Source: Sediminibacterium sp. (GTDB lineage Bacteria > Bacteroidota > Bacteroidia > Chitinophagales > Chitinophagaceae). From it: 64,000 bases of DNA. The stretch's first letter is position 1. Every line of letters begins with the position of its first letter. Shown here in pieces: positions 18,902 through 28,651 of this stretch. The translations under genes and the position numbers were made by a program. The stretch lies in the NCBI GenBank assembly GCA_030158665.1, contig JAOASM010000008.1, positions 76 to 64,075 on the forward strand. Reading direction: 5' to 3'. Under the pieces are notes generated by a model that did no database searches, was not told the DNA's origin, and worked only from the letters and a program-made list of their open reading frames with translations.

Positions 18902-20623
18902 TTCATTTGTTGTAACTCCTACATTAAGGACTTGTTTATCTTTGGAATTGTACCTAAAAACACTGATACCCTTGGCTTTCCAGAAATAGGCAGTGCTAAA
19001 TATAGCTGCCACTTCTTGCTTGGTGGTTGTTTCAGGTAAATTAATCGTTTTTGATACGGCATTATCAGTGAATTTTTGAAATGCCAATTGGTGTTTTAAA
19101 TGCCATTCGGGAGCAATTTCCTGAGCAGTTTTAAAAAGATTTCTAATGGCTACCGGTATTTCTGATATAAAAGCGATAGAACCATATTTTAGTACTTTCT
19201 TCATTATATCGGAATGGTATAATTTGTTTCTTTTTAATGTTTCTACTAGTTGTTGGTTTACGTTCTCAAAAATATGATCTTCGAGTATATGTCTTTGCTC
19301 GTAGGCTAAAGCAAATATTGGTTCAATTGATGAGCTTACATTGGCTATGATGGATATACTTCCAGTTGGAGCAATGCTTGTTCTTGTCGCATTGCGCATT
19401 GGCATATCAGGTGCATAAATGCTTTTTCCCCAGTCCGGAAAATTTCCTCTTTCTTTGGCTAATTGAACGGAAGCTTCTTTTGCTTTCTCGCAAATAAATT
19501 GCATAATCTGCTCACCTAATTGAACTGCTTTATCAGAATCATAAGGGATTTCAAGTTCAATCAATAAGTCTGCCCATCCCATTACACCCAAACCAATTTT
19601 TCGACTTTTTAATGTTGTATGTTTAATCTCAGGTGTAGGGTAGGTATTGATCTCAATGACATCATCTAAAAATCGGATGGCTACTTCAACTATTTCTTCT
19701 AGCTTTCTCCAATTCACCTCTTTACTTCCATTATTACTCTTTAGAAATTTGACCAAATTCAATGAACCTAAATTACATGACTCGTAGGGCATTAAAGGAA
19801 CCTCCCCACAAGGGTTTGTTGCATTGATTTTACCAATAGCTTGTAATGGATTATGTTGATTGATGGTGTCTATAAATAGTAAGCCTGGGTCACCTGAGGT
19901 CCAGGCAGATTCTATAATTTTATTCCATAAATATTTCGCATCTACTCTTTTTTCTACATTTTTATAATTGGGGTGGATTAATTCCCATTCATCATTTTTT
20001 TCTACTGCATGCATGAATTGATCCGTTATTGCAATTGAAAGATTGAAGTTATTTAATACTGTAGAACTACCTTTCGCTTCAATAAATGCTTCAATATCTG
20101 GATGATTGATGTCTAGGATAGCCATATTGGCTCATCTTCTTCTGCCAGATTGTTTCACACTTTCAGTCAGAGCATCAAAATCTTCTATTATTGATAATGG
20201 GCCAGATAAGTGTCTGCAAATTGAATAAGCATAGTTATTTTTTGGTGAAATTTTTGAAAAGTTAAAACCCACCCCACCACCACTTGATTGAATCAATTTA
20301 GCATATTTAAAACTATCATGAATACTTTGCATTGAATCAAAAATTGGTAATACAAAACACGCACTAAGTTGTTGCTCGGAATTTCCTGCATTCATTAATG
20401 TTGGTGAATTGGGTAAAAATAAGAATTCAGATAAGCAATCGTAAAATTTACCCTCCCAAGAAAGCGCCTTCTCTTTCCCTCCCCACTGGTATTCTGCATT
20501 AGAAACAGCCTTAGCGACTCTTTTGAAAAGTTCCTTAGGTGTTTCTATGGTTTCTCCATTATTGTCTTTTAGCAGGTACCTGGCTTTTAATAAATATTCA
20601 CTGTGTGCTGATATATCGTTCAT
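18839..20623 (-). pseudogene. nrdJ: Class II (AdoCbl-dependent) ribonucleotide reductase interrupted by a single in-frame TGA at 20132-20134
   Basis: PNSPTLMNAG, LSACFV, KQSGRRR*ANMAIL..HPDI, TNPCGEVPL, CNLGSLN, IAPTGSIS, no YY pair, C-terminal CxxC; both ORFs are in the same frame. Confidence 0.8.
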
Positions 20624-20636
20624 TGTATTTGGGGTA

Positions 20637-21734
20637 TTAATAGTATTGTATTAGTACAATTTTTTGGTAGTCTTTAAGTACGTCTTCGTCTACAAATTCT
20701 ACAATACCTCCTGTAGCAAGTGTTTTTTCAATCACATCATCTACAGCATCTTTGATATAAAGATCGTTATGTAAAACATCGTCATATTCAAATATGATTT
20801 CTTTCTTAGCCCCTTGCCTTGCAGGATAAACGTAGTTTTTTTCAATGATTAAGTGTTTCCCTTTTTTCTCAGTTGCTCTTCGCCAGACCTCTTTTATGCC
20901 TACTGCCAATGTTTTATTGCCCATTGCATCATCTATCACTTTTATTAGATCTTCTTTTTTTTGTTTATTCCACTTAGTTACATGCGGTTCAATGATATCT
21001 AATAATTCTGGTTCTGTATTTTCTTCATAGTTGCCATGAATATATTCTGTTATATATTTCTTTTGGTGACTAACCTGTTTAAAGTGTCCAATTGTTTTAG
21101 GAGTACCCATAAAGAAAACTGGAATATTGTATTGTAGTAATATTTGTTTTAATTGAAGATCTACATTGTGAAGAAATTTGTCTAGTTGGTTTTCTTTAAT
21201 TTTTGATTCGTCAGAAAAGTTAGCCACTTTTTCTGGCATATCATGATATAAGCCATCTATATCAACTGCTTTGATCCTTTCTAATTTTAATAGACTTTTA
21301 GTATTGCCCAGATAAAAATTACCTTCTTTGCTACTAATGATCATTAATATATATTTATGAATTTCTTTTTTAGCATAAACTAAATCTCTGATTTCAAATG
21401 AATCATCTATTACGATTCTGTCTTCGAGAGGGATATCTAAATAATAAAACTTCTCCAAAAGAGGAGAAACGAAAATGGCTATACTCTTGGTGACTTTTGA
21501 ATAATCTATCTCAGAAATGATGTGTTTCAATTTTTTTATAACTGGATTAGCGATACTCTTTGGGTAGGTTTTCAGTAGTTCTGCGCTTGTCTTATGTACC
21601 ATAACTTTTAAATGCCCAGTAATTTCTTTTTGGGGGTTTACTTGTATATCAACTGAGATAATGATTGATATGCTAGGGAAGTAGCTTTCAGTCAAAATTA
21701 AATCTGAGTAAGATTCCGATTGCATTGTTTTCAT
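20637..21734 (-). CDS. baeRF3-domain protein (Balon-like ribosome hibernation factor candidate)
   Basis: PSISII, SIAIFVSP, IDDSFEIRDLV, HGNY, KDAVDDVIEK.L..GG.VEFV. Confidence 0.8.
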   Translation of the reverse strand: MKTMQSESYSDLILTESYFPSISIIISVDIQVNPQKEITGHLKVMVHKTSAELLKTYPKSIANPVIKKLKHIISEIDYSKVTKSIAIFVSPLLEKFYYLDIPLEDRIVIDDSFEIRDLVYAKKEIHKYILMIISSKEGNFYLGNTKSLLKLERIKAVDIDGLYHDMPEKVANFSDESKIKENQLDKFLHNVDLQLKQILLQYNIPVFFMGTPKTIGHFKQVSHQKKYITEYIHGNYEENTEPELLDIIEPHVTKWNKQKKEDLIKVIDDAMGNKTLAVGIKEVWRRATEKKGKHLIIEKNYVYPARQGAKKEIIFEYDDVLHNDLYIKDAVDDVIEKTLATGGIVEFVDEDVLKDYQKIVLIQYY

Positions 21735-21737
21735 GCG

Positions 21738-22217
21738 TTATTTTTTAATGCTTTTATAAAGTCCAATTAATTCGCCAAATCCTATGATATGATTCGACAT
21801 GGATTTTTCTAATTGATGTTTTGTGCTATTGACATTTAGGTCCAATAGAAAGTTATCGAGGGCATATACTTTAAAATGATAATGGTGAATGCCCTTAGGT
21901 GGACAAGGACCACAATATTTACTCATACCAAAGTCGTTGATCCCTTGTCTGCCTCTGGTTTTGTTTATTTTAACATAACTTTTTGGAGGGATATTCCATG
22001 CAATCCAATGCGTCCAAGTTCCTACTGGTCCATCAGGATCATCCACAATGATTGCCAAGCATTTTGTTTCAATTGGCAAATTATTGATAATTAACTCAGG
22101 CGGTTCATTTCTGCCATCACATGTATATTGTTCTGGAATGAAGGTGAATGGCTTAAAAGCTGAACTTGAAACCTCCAATATCCTTGTATTGACTTCAATT
22201 GGTAGAATGGAATACAT
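21738..22217 (-). CDS. YbhB/YbcL (PEBP) family protein
   Basis: YTCDG, DPDGP.GTWTHW, GPCPP.G.HHYHFKVYALD. Confidence 0.9.
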   Translation of the reverse strand: MYSILPIEVNTRILEVSSSAFKPFTFIPEQYTCDGRNEPPELIINNLPIETKCLAIIVDDPDGPVGTWTHWIAWNIPPKSYVKINKTRGRQGINDFGMSKYCGPCPPKGIHHYHFKVYALDNFLLDLNVNSTKHQLEKSMSNHIIGFGELIGLYKSIKK

Positions 22218-22228
22218 TTTACAATGAA

Positions 22229-23059
22229 TTAACTTCTGTTACAAATAAATACGGGCACTGCGTGGTCTTGTATCAATTCACTTACAAAGCTTTTGTGAAA
22301 CAAAGAACCCAATCCAGTTCTGCCATAAGCCCCGCTTATTAATAATGCATTTTTCCTTTCTAAAAACAAACTATTGAAGTAGCTGCCCGGATCTGCATTA
22401 TTTTTAAAAATTGTTAAGTCTTTAAAATGTTTAACGGCGTATTCCTCTAATAAAATCTGGTCAGGAATGCCATGTTTTTCATCCTCTTTAGAATACACTA
22501 CAATTGTTTTATTATTGGTTAATTCTGGAAATAAATAAGCAAATTGTTTAATAGCAAACATCGAATTTTTAGATCCATCATACGCTATTATATTGCATTT
22601 TGGAAAAACGAATTTTTCTGGTATCACTAATGCTGGACATTCTATCTCCTTCAAGGTTTCTACTAGATACTCTGAAACTTTATTCACCCCGTAATCTTTA
22701 TAAAATGTTTCAGATCCCAATAACATTAAATCAGCAAATCTTGATTCTTTGATGAGTGTTGCAATAGATGAATCATCATAATCTTTATGCACCTTATATT
22801 CTATATCATTATTTTGACATTCTTTTTCAAATTTTGCAATTACACTCTTTATTTCTTCTGCATCCACATCTTCAATTAATGGAATAAAATAGGTAGATCC
22901 AATACCTTCGCCAGCATAATTCCATAATCTAGCATAATCTTTTTTGGGTATAAAAATACCTGTTAAGACAATTCTGCTTCTTTCATTTAATGTTTTCGCA
23001 AACTCCATGGCACCTTTTGAATAGTTTGTCCCATCAATTGCTAATAAAATCTTTTTCAT
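22229..23059 (-). CDS. Universal stress protein (tandem USP)
   Basis: MKKILLAIDG, AYDGS, GAYGR...VPVFI. Confidence 0.85.
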   Translation of the reverse strand: MKKILLAIDGTNYSKGAMEFAKTLNERSRIVLTGIFIPKKDYARLWNYAGEGIGSTYFIPLIEDVDAEEIKSVIAKFEKECQNNDIEYKVHKDYDDSSIATLIKESRFADLMLLGSETFYKDYGVNKVSEYLVETLKEIECPALVIPEKFVFPKCNIIAYDGSKNSMFAIKQFAYLFPELTNNKTIVVYSKEDEKHGIPDQILLEEYAVKHFKDLTIFKNNADPGSYFNSLFLERKNALLISGAYGRTGLGSLFHKSFVSELIQDHAVPVFICNRS

Positions 23060-23126
23060 ATTTATTTTTTAATATTTTTAATGAATCTACTGTCTACAAA
23101 CTTAGTGTGGCAAACACAATAGCACA

Positions 23127-23221
23127 ATGACCTACGTCAAAACCATTGCTGATTCCAATTTGTTTCCTTGTTCGATGCTATTTCAACTATCTAAATCATC
23201 TATAGATTTGATGTTGATCAT
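23127..23221. promoter_or_regulatory. FNR/CRP-type boxes in the divergent usp/hsp20 promoter
   Basis: ATGAC-ctac-GTCAA (23127) and TTGAT-gttg-ATCAT (23208). Confidence 0.6.
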
Positions 23222-23279
23222 TGGATGCCACATCCCTTATTTTTAATTTTAATGATTATTTACAATTCAAATTTTTATT

Positions 23280-23723
23280 ATGACAAATTCATTAACAAGA
23301 CAAGCAAGTTTGATGCCTACTATTTTCGATGATTTGGTAAACCCATGGACTGATTTATTAAGTAATTTTCGCCTTAGTTCCGGTAATTTTTCTGTACCAG
23401 CAGTTAATATTACTACTCAAAATGGCGACTATACAATTACGATGGCTGTTCCTGGGATGAAAAAAGATGATTTTAAGATTGACTTTGATGACAATCTTTT
23501 AACCATTAGTTGTTCTAAAGAGGAGTCTAAAGAGGATAAAAACTCAAGATTTACTAGAAAAGAATATAATTATTCATCTTTTAGCAGAACATTTACAATT
23601 CCAAATGAAGTGAATGCTGATAAGATTGATGCTCATTATGAAAATGGTTTATTAAGTATTAAACTTCCATCTAGAGAAGAGTACAAAAAACTTTCCACAT
23701 CTAAGCATATTCCTATTAAGTAG
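23280..23723 (+). CDS. Hsp20/alpha-crystallin small heat-shock protein
   Basis: PAVNI, VPGMKKDDF, EYNYSSFSRTF, AHYENGLL. Confidence 0.95.
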   Translation: MTNSLTRQASLMPTIFDDLVNPWTDLLSNFRLSSGNFSVPAVNITTQNGDYTITMAVPGMKKDDFKIDFDDNLLTISCSKEESKEDKNSRFTRKEYNYSSFSRTFTIPNEVNADKIDAHYENGLLSIKLPSREEYKKLSTSKHIPIK

Positions 23724-23758
23724 TGTATACTGCTTATTATTCATGATAGATGCTGACT

Positions 23759-23788
23759 AAGCCCAAAACAACATGTTTTGGGCTTTTT
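23759..23788 (+). terminator. Terminator after hsp20
   Basis: AAGCCCAAAACA-aca-TGTTTTGGGCTTTTT. Confidence 0.75.
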
Positions 23789-23790
23789 AG

Positions 23791-23900
23791 TAATACCTAA
23801 TGATTAGGTATTAAGTATTTATACTGAGTATTCTTTAATGAAAATTTACATATATATATAATTTATGATGAGAATTACCTAAACCTTTGATGATGATCAG
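23791..23900. promoter_or_regulatory. EPS locus promoter region: palindrome plus FNR-like box
   Basis: TAATACCTAAT-G-ATTAGGTATTA (23791) and TTGAT-gatg-ATCAG (23887). Confidence 0.5.
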
Positions 23901-23965
23901 TTTTTGTTTTTTTTATCATGATTATGTTTGTCCTCCGATATTGTTTTAATCAATAATAACCAACG

Positions 23966-24769
23966 ATGACTATGAAAAAAGCAAATTTGTTTTTATACAT
24001 GTTCTTGCAAATCACAATGATATCTTGTGTTTCAACTAAGTCAACAACCTATTTCAACAATGCGTCCGATACGTCTATTGCTTATAATACATTAAAATCG
24101 TTCAAAATTCAACAAGTAACAAGAATTCAAAAAAACGATATCTTGAATATTTCAATTACAAGTTTGAATCAAGATGCATCTGCTATTTTCAATACTACAA
24201 ATAACTTTGTTTTCACTTCTTCTACTAGCTCTGGTTTAAATACACAGTCTAGTGGTTATCTTGTTAATGAACATGGCATGATCAATCTCCCATTATTAGG
24301 TAATGTTAAAGCCTTCGGTTTAACAAAGAGTGAATTAATTGACACAATTACACATATCATTAAGGATAGGCACTTATTAATGGACCCTATCGTCAATATT
24401 CGTCATGTGAACTACGAGGTGACTGTGATTGGTGAAGTTGGAAAGCCTTCAGTTATTTCTGTCCCTAATGAAAGTATATCAATGCTAAAGGCTATCGGCC
24501 TTGCTGGGGATATTACTATCTATGGCAGAAAGGATCATGTTTTATTGATAAGAGAAGCTGAAGGAGAAAAGCAAGTTAAATACATCAACTTAAACTCTAA
24601 GGACTTTTTATTATCACCCTATTATTACTTACAACCAAATGATGTTATTTATGTGGAATCTAATAAAAACAAAGTTGCTAGTGTGGGTAGAGGTACAAGA
24701 TTGTTGCCAGTCTTTTTATCTGGCCTTTCGGTCGTTATTTTATTAGTTGATCGTGTTTTTTATCAATAA
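23966..24769 (+). CDS. wza: Polysaccharide export lipoprotein (Wza/OPX)
   Basis: Lipobox ISC, G.INLPLLG, VIGEVGKP, AGDITIYG, YYLQPNDVIYV. Confidence 0.85.
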   Translation: MTMKKANLFLYMFLQITMISCVSTKSTTYFNNASDTSIAYNTLKSFKIQQVTRIQKNDILNISITSLNQDASAIFNTTNNFVFTSSTSSGLNTQSSGYLVNEHGMINLPLLGNVKAFGLTKSELIDTITHIIKDRHLLMDPIVNIRHVNYEVTVIGEVGKPSVISVPNESISMLKAIGLAGDITIYGRKDHVLLIREAEGEKQVKYINLNSKDFLLSPYYYLQPNDVIYVESNKNKVASVGRGTRLLPVFLSGLSVVILLVDRVFYQ

Positions 24770-24776
24770 TACATTT

Positions 24777-27098
24777 ATGAAAAAAAATATAGACCATACC
24801 ATTCAGAAGGAGGAAAGCTTATTGATAGGAGCAATCAGAAATTGCATTCAAAATTGGCCTACCTATTTAATTATTTCAACCATTCTTGGCATCGCTAGTA
24901 TTGCCTATCTAAAAATTTCGCCAGTATATTACCAGGCAAATGCGTTACTTATTATTAAAGATGAGAAGAAGGGAAATGAAGATTCTAAATTAATGGAGTC
25001 ATTAAACTTAATGAGTGCAAAAAGAATCATTGAAAACGAAGTGCAAGTTTTACAATCAAAAGCCATTATCGATAGGGTCGTTCAGAAATTATACCTAAAT
25101 GCGCCAATTTATATAAGCAATAGTTTAAATAAAAAAAGAGCCTACTTAAGCAGTCCGATTTTTATTGAACTAAATAGGGGAGAAACACTTAAAAACGGAA
25201 TCGGTGCAATTAGGTTTAATTACAATGAGAAGGCTCATTTAGTCACATTAAACGACCATTATATTTATCCTTTAAATCAATGGGTTAACACACCCTTTGG
25301 AATGCTAAGATTTATTCAAAATACCCAAAGTATTCCATCCAATCAGGCCTTCTATTTCGAGCTTTTGAATAACGAAGCAGCAGCTAATTCACTTTCTAGT
25401 CAGCTCAAGGTGACTGCCACTAACAAACTTTCTAGTGTGATTAATCTTCAATATAAAGATGGGGATCCTAAGCTAGCAGAAGCTGTTTTGAACGAAGTGA
25501 TCAGTATTTACAATCAAATGATCCAATCCGAAAAGAAAGAATTGGCAAAAACGACACTTCAATTTATAGATGCCAGATTAAATGTCATAGGCAGTCAATT
25601 GGATTCTATCGAACATAAAATTAGATCATTTAAAGGCAATAGTAATGCTGTTGACATTGGGACCCAAGGTCAACTTTTCCTTCAAAATGTGAGTTTAAAT
25701 GACCAAAGATTAACGGATATCAATCTAAAGCTAGATATGGTGAATGAACTAGAGGACAATATTGCAAGTAAAGAACATGGTTTATTAATTATGCCAACCA
25801 CATTGGGGTTGATTGACCCTACATTGACTCAACTAATCACCACATTAAATGATTATGAACTTCAGCATGATAAGATTAAAAATACAACAGCTTCAAATAA
25901 TCCATTAATGGTGTCTTTAAATGAACAAATTTCTGCCACTAAGGGTCGAATTAAGGAGAATATGAAAGCGTATAAAGCATCCTTAGAGAAAAGTAAAAAT
26001 AGTTATACGCAGAATAATGAGAAGTATGCTAATATGCTTGAGTCGATTCCAGCAAAAGAGCAAGCATTGCTTGAAATAAGTAGAGATAAAAATATAAAGT
26101 CAAATATTTACGCATTTCTATTGCAAAAAAGAGAAGAAACTGAGATTGCTTATGTATCAACTATTTCAGATAAAAGTACTATTTCAAATGCCTACGCCTC
26201 TTCTGATCCGGTTAGTCCCAATCATTTATTAGTATACGGCTCTGCATTGTTGTTATTAATTGGATTCCCAATCGGTTTCGTGGGTTTAAGAGATAGCCTT
26301 GGTGGTTCTATACGTTTTAGGCGTGATATTGAAAACCAGACACATCTTCCGATTGTTGGAGAAATTGCGCAAGCAGAATGGAAAGATCAAAAATTAATAC
26401 AGTATGGAGAACAAACAAAGCAATATGAGTCATTTAGGAAAATTAGATATGCTTTAGCAAATAAAGGTATGGCAGGTAGAAATAAAAAATTGTTAATTAC
26501 TTCTGGTATTGCAGGTGAAGGAAAGACTTATATCGCCACCAATTTGGCCCTCAGTTTCGCAGATGTTGGTAAAAGAGTGGTTTTAGTTGATTGTGATTTT
26601 AGACATGCTAGTATGTCAAAATCATTTAATTTTTCCAAGTCAGAGGGTATGACTGATTTCCTTTCTGGTTTGGTTGCGGAGAATGATATCATCAATCCTA
26701 TACCAGAGTATAAAAATTTATTTTTCATTCCTGCAGGATCCATACATCAGAACACGACTTCACTATTAGAGAATGGCAGTATTGCTGATTTATTTGATTA
26801 TTTAGAAGATCATTTCGATCTTATTATAATCGATTCTCCTCCCTTGATGGATGTTGCTGATGCGTATTTGCTAGCTAATTATTGTGATACAACGTTATTT
26901 GTAATAAAACATGGGTTTACTCCAAAAAATATTGTAGAGTATATCCTTTCTAGTGGGGAGATTAACTCCATTAGTGATACTATGATTCTTTATAATGGTG
27001 TAAAGGACCAGTTTGATGGGGCTTCTAGAAATAGAATTTTAGGGGACATCAATTCCAAGAATACCATCGGAAGGGGGCAAATCAAGTTGTTGAATTAA
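24777..27098 (+). CDS. wzc: Polysaccharide co-polymerase / BY-kinase (Wzc/GumC)
   Basis: Two TM segments, coiled coil, GEGKT Walker A, DCDFR, IIDSPP; no C-terminal Tyr cluster. Confidence 0.85.
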   Translation: MKKNIDHTIQKEESLLIGAIRNCIQNWPTYLIISTILGIASIAYLKISPVYYQANALLIIKDEKKGNEDSKLMESLNLMSAKRIIENEVQVLQSKAIIDRVVQKLYLNAPIYISNSLNKKRAYLSSPIFIELNRGETLKNGIGAIRFNYNEKAHLVTLNDHYIYPLNQWVNTPFGMLRFIQNTQSIPSNQAFYFELLNNEAAANSLSSQLKVTATNKLSSVINLQYKDGDPKLAEAVLNEVISIYNQMIQSEKKELAKTTLQFIDARLNVIGSQLDSIEHKIRSFKGNSNAVDIGTQGQLFLQNVSLNDQRLTDINLKLDMVNELEDNIASKEHGLLIMPTTLGLIDPTLTQLITTLNDYELQHDKIKNTTASNNPLMVSLNEQISATKGRIKENMKAYKASLEKSKNSYTQNNEKYANMLESIPAKEQALLEISRDKNIKSNIYAFLLQKREETEIAYVSTISDKSTISNAYASSDPVSPNHLLVYGSALLLLIGFPIGFVGLRDSLGGSIRFRRDIENQTHLPIVGEIAQAEWKDQKLIQYGEQTKQYESFRKIRYALANKGMAGRNKKLLITSGIAGEGKTYIATNLALSFADVGKRVVLVDCDFRHASMSKSFNFSKSEGMTDFLSGLVAENDIINPIPEYKNLFFIPAGSIHQNTTSLLENGSIADLFDYLEDHFDLIIIDSPPLMDVADAYLLANYCDTTLFVIKHGFTPKNIVEYILSSGEINSISDTMILYNGVKDQFDGASRNRILGDINSKNTIGRGQIKLLN

Positions 27099-27155
27099 TT
27101 TTTTTTTGGTTTTAACATACGTTTCTTTCCTTTTTAAGCTTCAAAATGTAACTGA

Positions 27156-27172
27156 GGTCGGCGAAGCCGTAA
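27156..27172 (+). promoter_or_regulatory. Candidate ops-like UpxY loading/pause element
   Basis: GC-rich mini-hairpin CGGC-GAA-GCCG in an AT-rich leader ~40 nt before upxY. Confidence 0.5.
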
Positions 27173-27210
27173 GGAAGATGAAACATTTAAATCACTCAAA
27201 TCGTTCAAAT

Positions 27211-27738
27211 ATGGAAAAGCTATGGTATGTGGTTTACACAAAGTCAAATTGCGAGAAAAAGGTGTCATGTTTATTGACTAAGTATGGAATTGATAATTAT
27301 TGTCCGTTAAACAAAACAATAAGGCAATGGGCAGATCGGAAAAAAATGGTATTGGTGCCAATTTTCACTTCTTATGTCTTTGTTCATATCCCTTCAGATA
27401 GGTTGTATCAAGTAAAGCAAGCCAGTTCTGACATCATCAATTTTGTTTATTGGCTTGGGAAACCTGCAGTAGTAAGAAACAATGAAATTGAAAATATAAA
27501 ATTATTCTTGGATAAATATAGCAATGTAAAACTTGAAAAAAAATCAATCCGTGTCAACGATACAATTAAGGTAATGAGTGGCCCATTCTTAAATATGGAA
27601 GGGAATATTAAATCCATCGAGCATAACAAAGTAAAATTAATACTTCCGTCTTTAGGTTATATGATGATAGCAGAAACATCCATACACAATATACAAGTTG
27701 TTCCTAATGGGTATCAACTAGAAAGAATGATTTCATAA
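27211..27738 (+). CDS. upxY: UpxY family (NusG-like) antiterminator
   Basis: WYVVYTK..EKKV, QWADRKK.V..PIF.SYVFV, KOW GPF..MEG; start re-called at 27211. Confidence 0.9.
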   Translation: MEKLWYVVYTKSNCEKKVSCLLTKYGIDNYCPLNKTIRQWADRKKMVLVPIFTSYVFVHIPSDRLYQVKQASSDIINFVYWLGKPAVVRNNEIENIKLFLDKYSNVKLEKKSIRVNDTIKVMSGPFLNMEGNIKSIEHNKVKLILPSLGYMMIAETSIHNIQVVPNGYQLERMIS

Positions 27739-27759
27739 TATCAATCAATTTTTAACAAT

Positions 27760-28641
27760 ATGATGCGTATGCTAAAAGCTGCTTTAAAGAGGATGATTGC
27801 TAATTTTTATATCTATTTTGGATACATCAATAGGGCAAAAAAAAAGATCATTAAGAGTGATTCTGTTGTGTCGATTTATTTTCACAATCCCTCTTTTAAG
27901 ACTTTTAATGACTGTATGCAGTGGTTGATAGATAACGATGCAGTTTTTTTAGGACCTGGTGATTTACTGTCCTTTCAATCCAATCCGAAAAACACAAGCA
28001 AGCTAAAAGTGCTAATTACAGTTGACGATGGATGGAGAGAAAACTTATTAAATATAGTTCCGATTGCTCATTTTAATAAAATTCCAGTTACTATATTTGT
28101 TAGCACTGAACCTTTAATAGAAGGCGGCGGATACTGGTGGTCTTATATAAAAAAGGCATTAAAAAATGGATACACTACTTGTACTATCCCATTTTTGAAA
28201 ACCATTCCCAATCAAAACCGATTGAGTATCGTCAATCATTTAAAGTCATTTATTCAAATCGATCGTGAGTCAATGACCGTTGAGGAATTGAAATCGATTG
28301 CCATTTCGCCCTATATACAAATTGGTGCTCATACTCTAACGCACCCTATTCTTACCAATTGCGATGACGATTTAGTAGCTAAAGAAATCATACAATCAAA
28401 GACAGTACTAGACGCAATCCTTCCTGCCCCAGTGAATTCCTTTTCGTATCCAAACGGAGATTATTCGGAAAGAGAAATCAATATCCTTAAAAAAAACGGG
28501 TATCAAATCGCCTTTGCGAATACACCTGGCTTGATTCATCTAAATGCAAAAATGGATTTATTTAGATTGCCAAGATTTGAGATTTTGGATCATGCTCCAT
28601 TGAATGAAAATATCTGTAGAATGCTAGGTGTCTGGTTTTAA
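27760..28641 (+). CDS. Polysaccharide deacetylase (CE4-like)
   Basis: TVDDG, GAHTLTHPIL, FSYPNG. Confidence 0.85.
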   Translation: MMRMLKAALKRMIANFYIYFGYINRAKKKIIKSDSVVSIYFHNPSFKTFNDCMQWLIDNDAVFLGPGDLLSFQSNPKNTSKLKVLITVDDGWRENLLNIVPIAHFNKIPVTIFVSTEPLIEGGGYWWSYIKKALKNGYTTCTIPFLKTIPNQNRLSIVNHLKSFIQIDRESMTVEELKSIAISPYIQIGAHTLTHPILTNCDDDLVAKEIIQSKTVLDAILPAPVNSFSYPNGDYSEREINILKKNGYQIAFANTPGLIHLNAKMDLFRLPRFEILDHAPLNENICRMLGVWF

Positions 28642-28651
28642 ATAAGATTAT

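Noticed and set aside
20132-20134. Selenocysteine or genome-wide UGA=Gly reassignment explaining the nrdJ TGA
   Set aside because: The position aligns to Gly, not Cys. No sel genes or convincing SECIS are visible, no other gene here has an in-frame TGA, and TGA terminates yqgE and the 46817 sORF.
20624-20700. Cobalamin riboswitch upstream of nrdJ
   Set aside because: Only 13 nt separate nrdJ from the upstream gene, and no B12-box is recognisable.
23791-23960. Invertible (phase-variable) EPS promoter
   Set aside because: Only contiguous palindromes are seen. There is no pair of inverted repeats flanking a promoter segment and no recombinase in the window.
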